A stretch of 64,000 bases of DNA from assembly GCA_904063045.1 (NCBI GenBank), contig CAJFCJ010000006.1, positions 3,178,408 through 3,242,407 on the forward strand, written 5' to 3'. The translations under genes and the position numbers were made by a program. Positions 24,758 to 36,500 of the stretch are shown piece by piece (position 1 is the first letter of the stretch; every line of letters starts with the position of its first letter). The notes beneath the pieces are model-generated. The model was given only the letters and a program-made list of their open reading frames with translations, had not been told where the DNA came from and ran no database searches. Source of the stretch: Dimorphilus gyrociliatus (Eukaryota > Animalia > Annelida).

Positions 24758-27700
24758 ATGATAATTTTAGATTAGTCTAAGACATGCTTATTTCTTTTGT
24801 TTTCTTTTAATCCATATATATATATACTGTATATATATATATATACAGTATTTGTACAGTATAATCATCTGTATTATTAACAAGCAGTGATATAAATATT
24901 CGTAATAATACTTGAAAAACCAATCTGTATACACTATAAAGTATATAGTGTATTATAGTGTATTGATAAATATTATCGCATGCTTTAGTTTTTAATATAA
25001 CATCATTTGCATCGAAGAGGAGTTTTTATCAGAAAATTTACACCAGCGGTCATTTTAGATAAGTTATAATACACGAGGGCAATAAGAAGAGGAGGAAGAG
25101 GAGTAGGAAAGAGGAAAGGAAAATAAGGAAATAATGATAATCCTTATTAGTACTTTTCTCACATTTGTGTCAAAACTCCTCAATTGACATGAGAAAAAAA
25201 AACCTGTAGTTACCTGTACCTTCAGTTGGTAGCGTTATATTCTCTAAAAGAAATAGGATAATGCAAAAAGAAAAGAAACAAAAAAACATATACAAGAGTA
25301 AGAGAAGAAGAGAATGAATGATTTAGTACAACTTTCTAGTCTCCTAAGCTTATTGAAACGATAATGATGATTGAAAAATGAGGTTAATTTTGCTGAGAAA
25401 TATTTTATTATATACCCTTATATGGATCTTATTATATTGTTCTTAAATCTCTTCGAGGCTACTCTCCACGCGTTTTTAATATATAAATATAGATTAGATT
25501 TAATAAAGGATATATAAATGCTTTTAGAATAGATATTATTCAGTTATAAAAAGGACAAGCGAGAGTAGTACATTGACTAATTAATTATTCTAATAATTTC
25601 CTATTGTAGGCCTAAAACAAAACTGGAAATTTTTATTCCATTTAGCTAATTTAAATAATATATTTTACCTTCCTTAGCAGGATGAACTGTTGGTGCTATC
25701 TCTAAAAAAATATATACCAGTTTATGAAGATATTTTTCATTTAAAAACATAAAAATATTTATAAATCAATATCAAATAGATTATATCATAAGTTTTGAAT
25801 ATATAATTATCATTAGAAGAGAAAGCTTTTTATTGAAAAAATTACAAAAAAAATAAAACCAATCCTAGGCCTTCATCCGTATTTTAGTTTTTTTTTTGTA
25901 GAAATTTGAGAGATTTCTTTTGTAATAAAGTAGAAAAAAAAAAGATACTAAATTATCCATACTAATTAATTAGACTAATGAAATGAAAATAGCATAATTA
26001 AGCATAATTATTCATTAATTTAACGTAATGTAGTAACGCATATTTAGTTAATACAATAAAGAAAGCTATCTATCCGTAGCTAAAGAACCAAAAAGAGATT
26101 TGAAATGAAGAGACCCAATAAAGACCGTTTTTGTTAAAATAAAATGGATAATGATACTTTTTGTGCTTGTATATGAAGGTGATAGATTCTTGATGACGTG
26201 ATGCAAATCATGGTTGAGATATACAATGAATGAATATATTCAAGATGAATATATCTTAATTAATTAGTTTTAGCTAGTTAATTAAATTAGTTATACTTTT
26301 TTCCGAATTATAAAGAAAAAAGTAAAGAGAGAATGAAAAGAAAAAATTCATATGTAAATTAGGTAATTAACTAGGCATATTATGCAAAAAATTATAAAAG
26401 TATTAGATATTGTTATCAATCTGTTTTTTTATGTAGAAATACATCGTTTTATATTAACCATACCGATTTCTTCTGTAGTTAGTATTACTGTTGTTTTTTG
26501 GGTGGTTCCTAACACAACACAACATCAAAAAGAAAGGGGGTTAAATAAACTAAGAACGGAACTAGATAGAATGAAAGCTAGAGGAAAAAATTGGGCTGAA
26601 AGTAAAGAATAATGCAAGATATTTCAAATAAAAATTTCATACTAGATAAAAACTAAACAAACAAGCAAAAATAATAACAAAAACGCAATATTCTGTATTA
26701 CTCTCCAGCGCCATCTAGTGATTAGTTTGTTTGTTTTTGTTTTTGTTTTTGTTTTTGCTTTTTTGTTCGTTTGTATTAGTATGAAAAACCTATCTAGAAA
26801 ATTTAACTTATGATGATGCCGTCTGTCGGCTGTTTTCTACATTATTTCGTTAATTTTTTACATAGTTTGTACTTACTGCGAGTTCCTGTATGGAATTTGA
26901 AATGATCTGATTTGATCCTTTGCGATGTACTTTCGTCTATAGCTCCGTTGGTTGTTGGTCCGAGCATACCAATTATATATCCAATATAAGGTTCATCTTC
27001 TTCCAGGTTTCTTATAATGAGATGATCCTCAAACCCAATTAGTTCGGTTTTATTTAACTCTGGAGTGGAGCTATTCGTATGTAGTTCATTGTAAAATTCA
27101 ACCCTAAAATGAGTTGGTTCAACGCCCTTAGCGCTATCGTCAAATTTCCAGTTGACCTTTACAGATGTAGCATCTTCCTCTTGATAGTCTGCTTTAGGCT
27201 TTTTCAAGATAATAGAACCACAAGACGTTTTGGCCTTTTTAACTGTTGTTGCACCCTCAATCTTTAAATTACCATCAACGTTGAAAGGTGTCAATTCTAT
27301 TGTATAATCTGTACAGTTTTTAACATTATCGGAACAGACAAAATTCTTATCATCAGGCTCGATTTCCTTTTCGCAAACACAACCAGATTGCCCTTCAACT
27401 CTTATACAAACTTTTGTCTTTCCGCCTTCGCCACCTCGTTTGGCATCTTTCGGGTCTTCTACGTTGCATTCAGTATGAAAAAAGCCAGCTTTGCAATCGG
27501 CTTCCAACTCTTTCCCACCAAAAGGCGGTCCCATAGGAGTTCTAAATGATATTGGATCGCTTCCTTTACCTCTATCTCCCCTAAGATTCCTTGCATAAAC
27601 TTGAATAGTGGCCTCTTCGAATGGCTGTAAATCCCTTAAAAGGTCCGTCTCTCGTTTCGAAGATCGTCTAGCTCTTTTTCGCGAAGAGAATTTACAAAAT

Positions 27701-30700
27701 TCATATTTTCTTCCTTTCGAAATGATAAAATGCTGCTCTTTCAAATCTTTATTCTTGTATTTTACTACGACAAGATAATCGTTAAGGTAGCCATTCATCA
27801 ACTTATCGGCTTCTTCCAATGTATTGGCTATTGCATCAAAAGAGATTTTAATATTGTCGATTGATTCCTTATCAAGTAATTTGACGCCAGAAACGCTAAT
27901 ATCATTTGGAGGCACACCTTCTCCACTACGAACGGCATACTCCAAGGAGTGAATATGAGAGCCGATATTATTCTTCGAAGTAACTTTAGCGATGTACTTA
28001 TGGAAAGGCTTAACTTTTTTAAAGACACGACTCTTCTCTGCAAAGTTTGCAACGCTTGCCGCAGGAGGTAGATTATCTTCCGAATCTGATAGTTGTATGT
28101 GATAAGCGAAATCGTGTCCGTTCGTTTCATCGATTTTTATTGGTGTCCAGGTTATGTTTATTGTGTTTGCTGGACTATTTACGGCACACACGTTCGTTGG
28201 ACTCGCCTCTGGCACATCGTCAATCGTCTGGCAAGTTACACGAACAGGTTCCGATTTGCCATATTTATTTATGGCTCTGATATCCCATTCGTATTTAAAA
28301 GAAGCGTCTAGAACTGTATCTATTCCGATTGGCTTTATCTGTGTACTGGTTATGTTAACTTTGGAAGTTCTTTTATAGTGACTACAGCATTTGGCCGTCA
28401 AAAACATTTCTACTTCGTATCCCTTGATGGGATCTCCATTTTCATTACCCTCTCTCAAATAGATGCTCGGTTTACGGCCATCGAGGCATTCGGGTTCAGA
28501 AATCTCCTTTGGCGCATCAGGTCTACCGTGAACAATTATTTTAAAAGACTTGCTTTCGCTGTCTAGCTCTGTTTTCCCTTCGCATGTGTATACTCCTGAC
28601 ATAGTTGTCTGAATTTTAGGAAACTTGAGCACTCGTATATCTTTGTTTTTAGTGTCTACAATAACACCAGGAGTTGATGATGCAAGCTCCTTCTTTATTT
28701 CGCCACTCCCATCATCTCTTTCAACATACCACGTGACCTCTAATTCGGATTTTATACGTTTATCGATTGTAGCCGAACATTTAACTTCTAAAGAGTCGTC
28801 TTCGTATGTAATAAATTGTTTAGGAATAATTTTGGAAGTTGTCAAGTTTGTCAACGAAATGGATGTTTTATTAAAGACTCGTAAGGTTTTCATATCGTGA
28901 CTATTTCCGTATTTGTTATCGAAAAATGAGATATAAATTCCAGCGTCAGCAATTTCCAAATCTTGAACAGCCATTGAATAATTATAATTCGGTTGATTAA
29001 AAATACAAGACCAATATTTCTTATTATGAAGTTTGCATCCAATTTGATTTTGAGTGCCAATGATGTATTTATCTTCTCTGGCTTTAGGATCGAATTTTTC
29101 TCCATCTGGATATTTATAAAATGTAACATTTGGCATAGGTGAACCGAAGACGTTTGAACCGCAAATAAAAGTTTGCTTTTCAACGGCTCTAGCTATTTGC
29201 GGTAGATTTGTTGCCCATTTGATGGGATGCAATTGTAAAACTCTAAGATAGCCATTTGTATAAATATAACCATATTCATTAGAAGCGTTACATTGAACCA
29301 TTAGACGGGTTTTTTCGGAAACTTTAGTAAAAGTTAATTTTGAACCATCAATCTTAACCAATTGTTGATTATACAATACATGATGCTTGGCAACGGTTCC
29401 GTTAATATACCATTCTATTTTCACTTTTGGTTTACCTCCAACGTTACAGTTGAAGACAACATCTGTTGCTTCATCGTCGACGGTATGATTTTCCAAAGGC
29501 GATCGCCAATAGGGCCTTTCGAAGAGCTCTATATTGTAGTGATGGTAAGCTTTTTGGCCATCAGCTTCGGCGTAGCACGTATACCTTCCGGCGTGTTTTT
29601 GCTCAACTTTATCTATAACTATAAATCTATTGTTTAGCTGTCTCGAAACAAGCGTTAGGTTGTCTAAGTCTCTTGGTGTTGTCCAATATAAATCCAGACG
29701 GGCTGGATAACCGTAGACACAGGCAAACTTGAGTTTTTCACCCAAAGCAGCTTTTACAGAGGTGGATTCTCCAGTAGATTCGGGATGCAAACGTTTTATC
29801 TTCCAGAGATTATTGTTACTAATTGTACTATTTTGAATTTTAAAAATGTATTGAGAATGCTTCGCTCTGGTATTTCCGCAACATGGTGGTACTTCTGTGA
29901 AGCATACGAAACTACTTTGAAGTGAATAATTGACTCGAATCAAGAAGATGTCCGTATCGACAAAGGCAAACCATTGACTAGACTCGAAAGGATTGCTTCC
30001 CGACGTTTTCTTAAAGCCAACCTTTGCCATGGGTGGTATGTATTTCATTCCACATGGCAATTTAACAGAATCGTGTAAGTTTAGAGTTCTTTTAACTTGG
30101 GTTGGGTCCCGATCTATTTAAATAGAAAATAGAGAAAATTAATATAAATTGATTTTTCTGCCACATAAATATAAAGAAAATTACCAACCTTCTACACCGT
30201 GAACTTCAATAAACTTTGAATAAGCTACTCCAAATCTATTAAATGCTTTAATCCTATATTTATTAAAAGTTTTTAAGGGTTTTCTTAATTCAAATTGTTG
30301 AGCGTCCATATTCCGTTTATAATCACCCGTAGGTCCCATTTCATTAAAATCTTCCATTAAAACAACGCTAACAATTGGAGAAATAAGAAATGAATTAATA
30401 ATCTCATTAAAGATTTAATATTTAAAAACAAACTGTGGAGTTGGTTTTCCAACGACGTTATACGAAAAAGTTATCTTTGCTGCTTTATTAGCAAGAACAA
30501 CATTACCATCAACCCTAACTCTATCTTCAGGTAAAACCCTAAATTCAAGGATATCCGGTGGTCGTGAAACTGTCCAGAAATAGATTAATTAATTAACAAT
30601 TTATCATTTTAAAAGATATAATTAAGGGTAAGGGATGTATGATTATAAATGTGTTTTTTATTATTCTACAGTAGTTTTTTATTTTGCGGTTTTTATTTCT

Positions 30701-32545
30701 TTCAGGGGGGAAATGATCCATGATAAAGAAACTAAAAAATCACAACAAAAAAGAAGAGAAAATAAAAGATAAACAAACAAATAAAACCTTTACTAGAATT
30801 TTTGAATGAATATATTTAACAAGAGAATGGTCTCTCTTTATTTTAGAAAAAGGAATCGAATTTCTCTTTTCTTTTTCTTTTAACGAAAGAAAAGAAAGTT
30901 AAAACGAGAGAGAGCTGAAATGTTATAAAGATTATGGCAAGCAATTGAAATTCGATAACTTGGCAATTTTTTTGCCAATTCCCAGGCCCAGAGAGAGAGA
31001 GAGAGAGAGAGAATTGGATAAAATAAAGATTGAAAAATTTCTGCGAAATTCTAAACCAAAGTAAAATTTTATTTTAGACTTTAAATGCCAATTAAAATTA
31101 AATGTTACATAAAAAATCTGTTCTTAATAGTCGTTTTTTGTATGAGATAAAAAATATGATCATCAATTCTAGTAAAGTTCTTGTTATATTATATCATTAG
31201 AGTCATTTTCTTTTTTGTTGTAGTTTATACCGATTTTAGAGATGCTATAATAGCTTTCTATACATATATATATATATAATATATATATATATAATAATAA
31301 AAAATTATATAAATACAAAATATTCAATATTTTTTTTTATAGATATATGAATATAAAAGAAAATACTGAATAAAAAAACTTCTACTAAGTAAAAGAGAGC
31401 TGCAGGTGGTTAGAATATTGTATAAATGAAAATATGCAGTATAAATATGTATATATATGTACAAGTAAATATATATATATTGGCTAGAAATAATAAGATA
31501 GTATACTTTTTATGTTTCTGGTAAATAGTAATAAAATAGTAGATGAGAAGAATAAAATAATATAAAAATTAGAGTTAAATAATAATAAAAAAAAGGGTAT
31601 AATATTTATAAATTGATAAGAAAATAAACATGGCAGTTAAGTACTTAATTTTTTAAAATGTGTAATAATGCAAAAAAATTCCCATGCATAATAAAAAGCT
31701 GTTAAGATGATCATTGATGCAGCATTTTGTTTTCGTTCTACCTTTATCTAACTCACGAATCCAAAATTCTCTTGTATATATACTGAACTGAGTTTCATTT
31801 AAAATTGTACCATTGCAGTTTGAACTAAATTCTCCATCTGGAGTATTTTGTATCTCTTGTTCGGTTACTGTTGGTTCATGACCAGAAAAGCTATATGAAT
31901 TGTCAGGTTCTACTATTCCTTCATTAATTGTCTCAAAATCCCATGTTTTATTATAGGCTATACCATCTAAAGAAACGGTATTTGGTTCGTAATTGTTGAC
32001 ATTTAAGCAAAAAGAAATATATAAACATTTATAAAAAGACAACATTTTATAAATATATATAGTTTAAAAAACCATCATGCGTGAAAAAAGAAGAGAAAAT
32101 AAGATATATTAAATAAGTAAATTCCATAGAATTACGTTAATACTGTATATTTAATGAATATACAGTATATATATATATATTATATACATGTATATACTGT
32201 ATATACAGTATATTCTTCTTAAAATCTACATTATTTTTTTAATTGAATATTCTATCGATATATCAAGAAGTTTTGGAATTTTAACTAGAAATCAACATAT
32301 AAATCCTTACCAAGTTGTTCGTCTAATTCCGTCCTATCTGGAAAATATAGAAATTATATTTTTAATTCATTGTTTTAATTAATTTTATATATAAATTAAT
32401 AAGTTTAATTATTGTTTCTTTGTAACTTACTTATATTTAGGTTGCAAATTGGTGCTGTATTCTTCCAATTTAGATTCCAGGTCTTTAAACAATTGGTACT
32501 TATTGATAAGGTTGCAAAGATTATACCAAGATTCACCAGCTCCAT
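24084..32545 (-). CDS. L1-family (neuroglian/NrCAM-like) cell adhesion molecule: 6 Ig + 5 FN3 + TM + FIGQY tail
   Basis: 3237-nt exon 30113-26877 encodes Ig2-FN5. TM exon 24648-24520 ends CCYRYNRGGKYPV. The tail has DSLAEY..DP..FGEDGSFIGQY (ankyrin-binding motif) and a C-terminal STFV. Ig1 is in two exons from 30569. The signal-peptide exon (ATG 32545) and N-terminal exons are inferred and less certain. Confidence 0.88.
26707..26720. promoter_or_regulatory. CTCF-like motif AGCGCCATCTAGTG
   Basis: Best match in the window to the CTCF consensus (reverse complement CACTAGATGGCGCT); in the L1 intron just downstream of the giant exon. Confidence 0.55.
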
Positions 32546-32597
32546 AGCTGTTTCGAATAAAGAAGAAGGCAATGTGTTAGAATGGACAATATCAGAA

Positions 32598-32610
32598 TAC
32601 AGAGGGCGCT
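32598..32610. promoter_or_regulatory. CTCF-like motif TACAGAGGGCGCT
   Basis: 13-mer identical to 51911-51923; 53 nt upstream of the putative L1 ATG. Confidence 0.45.
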
Positions 32611-33514
32611 AGTATTGCACAGTTGCAATTAACTAATATTGATTTCTCTATAATTTATACAGTACAGTTTTTATCATAGCAAGTAGCATTAAGAATGGTT
32701 TATGATTCGGAAATGAATGGCTAACGCCTAAACAGACAATTTTGGAAGACATCGTTAAGGATATAACATCAATGATCAAGGTCGCGTTGAATAGTATCAT
32801 TAAAATACAAATATTATGTGTACTATTCCTAGTGAAAAAGAAGTTTTAAGCTAAAGGCAATAAATAGATTATATAGTTTTTGTAATAAATAACGATTGGA
32901 GAGAAGAATCTCCGTTCGCCAATCGAGATTATAGGGAAATAAAAAAAAAGCCCACAGAAAATCAGTTTGTCCCCCTCATTCTTCATCCACAGGCTAGACA
33001 TTAAGAGAAATAGACAGACAGATAGAGAAAACACGGGTAGGGGGTAAGCAGGGAAGCATGGCGCGTTGATATTAGAAAAAAGAAATTTACGCACTGAATG
33101 AAAAAGTAAAAAGAAAGAGAATGACAGCTTGGACAGACTCGAAGAAAGTAGGATGAAAAAAAAAGAAGGAAAAAGGCTAAAGTAACACCCTAGCGCAGGA
33201 ATACGTAAAATTAAATAATGCAAATGAAGCGGCGTTTGCTGCATTTCAAATTCTAGAAACGATATCATTAAACCAAAAAAAGAGGGAGACAGACAGACAG
33301 AGAGGGAGAGAGAGAGACAGAGAAATAGGCTTAAAGTTTTATAAGAATTTTTCTCTATTAATAATTTCTCATATCCTCAATAAAAACAGAATTATAACAA
33401 TTATTTTATTAAGATAATACACATATAGAAAATTTTGATAGAATTTTAATAACTTTACTAAATAAATTGATTATTAAATACTATGTCTATAGTGTTTCAA
33501 CTCTATTTTCCATC

Positions 33515-33519
<5 letters not shown>

Positions 33520-33552
<33 letters not shown>
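33520..33552. repeat. (TA)n microsatellite (representative; others near 17455-17482, 52175-52235, 53525-53550, 59455-59482)
   Basis: Perfect TA dinucleotide run seen directly. Confidence 0.9.
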
Positions 33553-33555
<3 letters not shown>

Positions 33556-36500
33556 GAAAGAGAAATAATCATATTTATGAAACCTAATAAATACATATGG
33601 TATACATAAATAGATATATAAATAAATATTAATTAAACGTATTTATTATGAATGAAAATAGTCTGAACAAATACTTTGCATTTTTATAACTTTCCATATA
33701 AGAAAATATAATTAGTGGTACTCGGGGATACTATTATTGACCTATATGAGTCAATATACAGATGCCATTAATGACTAAACTGTATTACATTAATAATCTA
33801 GATTATTATTTTTAGGTAATGTTTTATTGCGTAAGAATGATGCATATTTCGTGTATATTTCTGTTTTTCTTTTTTTTTTACATATTCACAAGTCTATTTA
33901 TACTTAGAAATTAAAGATAATTGTATAAATATACTGTATATATTTGTATATAAGGATAGAATAATCCATTTTTACCCAGGTTTCTAGAAATTTTCAGTTG
34001 AAGAAATGACAATAAGACAGGGGGTCGATAATATATAATTAATCCATTTCTAAGTTAGGCTTTGAATGTTGTTCAAATAGTACAATTGTTATTCTTAATT
34101 GCTTCCGTTAACCAGTCATTTTTATGGTATTTATTAACAATCTACAATCGAGTAATTAACTGCAAAGGTTGGCGAACACATTGCGGGATTTCGAAAATCA
34201 AAGTTAATTATACTTTTTCAAGTATGTACTCCTTTTAATGGCTTTACCAATAGTTTTTTATGTAGAAAGAAAAATATGTTACTTCTATACTTTTTCTCCT
34301 AACTCTTCCAGATATATAGATTCTTCTCATAAAAAATATACTGCACTATTTCATGATAATAAAAAAAAACTGCAATAAAAATGTTACTATTTATCTACTA
34401 ATGAATAATGTTAAATAATCAATAAGACTGTTTTAGACAGTTTTTTTCACCTGCAATTGACTAATCTTCAAAGGCATTTTGGCCAATTTTCAAACAAATT
34501 CAATAGAAATCTTTAAAAGTCTTGAGTATTTTTTACGTGCGAGTTAAAGAAAATTCTCTCTGTGTCCCTTTTTCTTCCCTTACTCTATTGTAATAAAAAA
34601 AGTTGAATTTCCCTTCATGCTATTACCCTGTCAAATCAACTGCAAAGTAGGGTAAACAGAGATTTTTTTATAAGTTCTTTGTTCATTATAAATACCTCCC
34701 GTCTTTTTCTCTTTCTTTCTCTCTTTTCTCTCTCCCTTCCTACCTCCCTCACTCGCTCTCTCTCTCTCTCTCTCTCCCTCTTTTCCGCCGTCACCCTTCT
34801 CTCTTTCTCTCTTCTATCATTCACTCTGTTTTTTTCCTTGTTCTCGATTACTCTCGTCTCTTTGTTTTTCATATTACTCATTTCTTACGCCTATCATTGT
34901 TGTTTGTTTTCTTTGATATAGATTTCCTTTCCTCTCTACCACCTCCTTACTTGACAAAAATATGAGTCATAACATGGGATTAAGTGTAGATAAGAGTGAG
35001 AACAAACTAATCCATATAGACTAGTGCTCCTATTAAATTGATATGTCTATGTCTACGTCTGTCTTTAAAATCAGCTTAGCGAAAATAAATTATAAGGTAT
35101 GGCTTCGATATAGAGGATTCTATATTATTTTTTTTTATATACACCAAAGAAAAAAAGAGTTACTTTGTAACATTATAGGCCTATTGATTAGCATAATTCC
35201 ACCCCCTCCCCCTGCCTCCCTCCCTTCTTCCTACTTTCATGGGAACAAAAATTAATAAAGCAATACATTAGTAATTGAATAAGAGATTTATGAATAAATC
35301 ACGAATTATGTAATATTTAAGGACAGCAAAGAAAAAAGAGTTGCTTAACGGTAACGGATATTGATCATTGCTGTTGTGACGTCACATAAAAAAAGAGGAA
35401 AATCCCCGGTTTTCCTGGTATTCTACTTTATAATGTAAGAGCTGGATGTTGCGGCTGTTATTTTTTCCCGCATCATAAAAGCAGAAATAACAAGGTGTAT
35501 CCGAATAGAAAAAACACTTTGCTACAATAGCTTTACCTATGAAGGATTTTAAAATAGGGATGCTAAAATAATATCTCACCTGCAAAAATTATTACAGTTT
35601 TTTTCTATCAACCGCAAAATCTATTCCAGATACACGAATTCGACCTTTCCGAAACAGCTGTAACGTGAAAACAAAAGCAATCAATTATTTAATCATAAAA
35701 ACAAGAATAAAGGGGGCAGCGTCGTTAAGTCTCGTGACCTACTTCCCCTAGACCGTTCGCATTAAGCTTTGCGGTCTATACAACAGCAACAACTGCAAAC
35801 CGTCTAGGCGATCAATAGGCCTAATCTAGACCGCATTGGGATCGAGAAAGAAGGAGAAGGAATAGACTGAATAGATTAGAAATAGCGTATAAGAAATTTT
35901 ACTATTCATTTTAATAACAATAGGAGAAAATTTTAAAACGATAGTTTATAGAATTTCCAAAGATAACACCAGGGAGTATATTATTATTAGAAGATGAAGA
36001 AAAGATGAAGCATAATGATAAGAAAAAGAAGAAGAAGAAGAACATAGAGAAAAATATGAGAAAAAAAAAGAAACAAAAAATCTGCATTCCCTTATTTTTC
36101 CTCAATTGATTAACTTTGTATTATTAATTTATTTCCCTTCCAAGTCTCTTTTGTTACGCCCCATTTAAGTCTACTTTGCTACTACTTGTTCATTTTTATT
36201 TACATAACACAGATATATTATCATGACTGTAGAGAAAGAGAGTAAAACGTAGGCATGGTAACTGAAAAAAGCGCGCGCTATCTGTAAAATATGCATTGGG
36301 AAAACAACAAGCTATTATTAATGGAAAACTAAGTTATAGAAAGAAGCAGGTGATACTATTCTTACTTTTACAGATTTTTTCAATCAATTCTTAAATATTT
36401 TGATAACATATGAATAACTATTTTTACTCCTTTTCATGGCTAATCTTATCTTTAATTAGTTTCTCAGGCTATTTCTATATTCAATACTACGTGTTGTATA

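Noticed and set aside
27828-29637. Antisense and alternative-frame ORFs overlapping the L1, TGase, IQCM-like, FBXL16 and ANKRD50 exons (representative span given)
   Set aside because: They are shadow ORFs of real coding exons with no independent motifs.
34636-34921. RE-repeat and LS-repeat ORFs (also 35911-36105, 37304-37864, 42858-43079)
   Set aside because: They are translations of GA/CT microsatellites.
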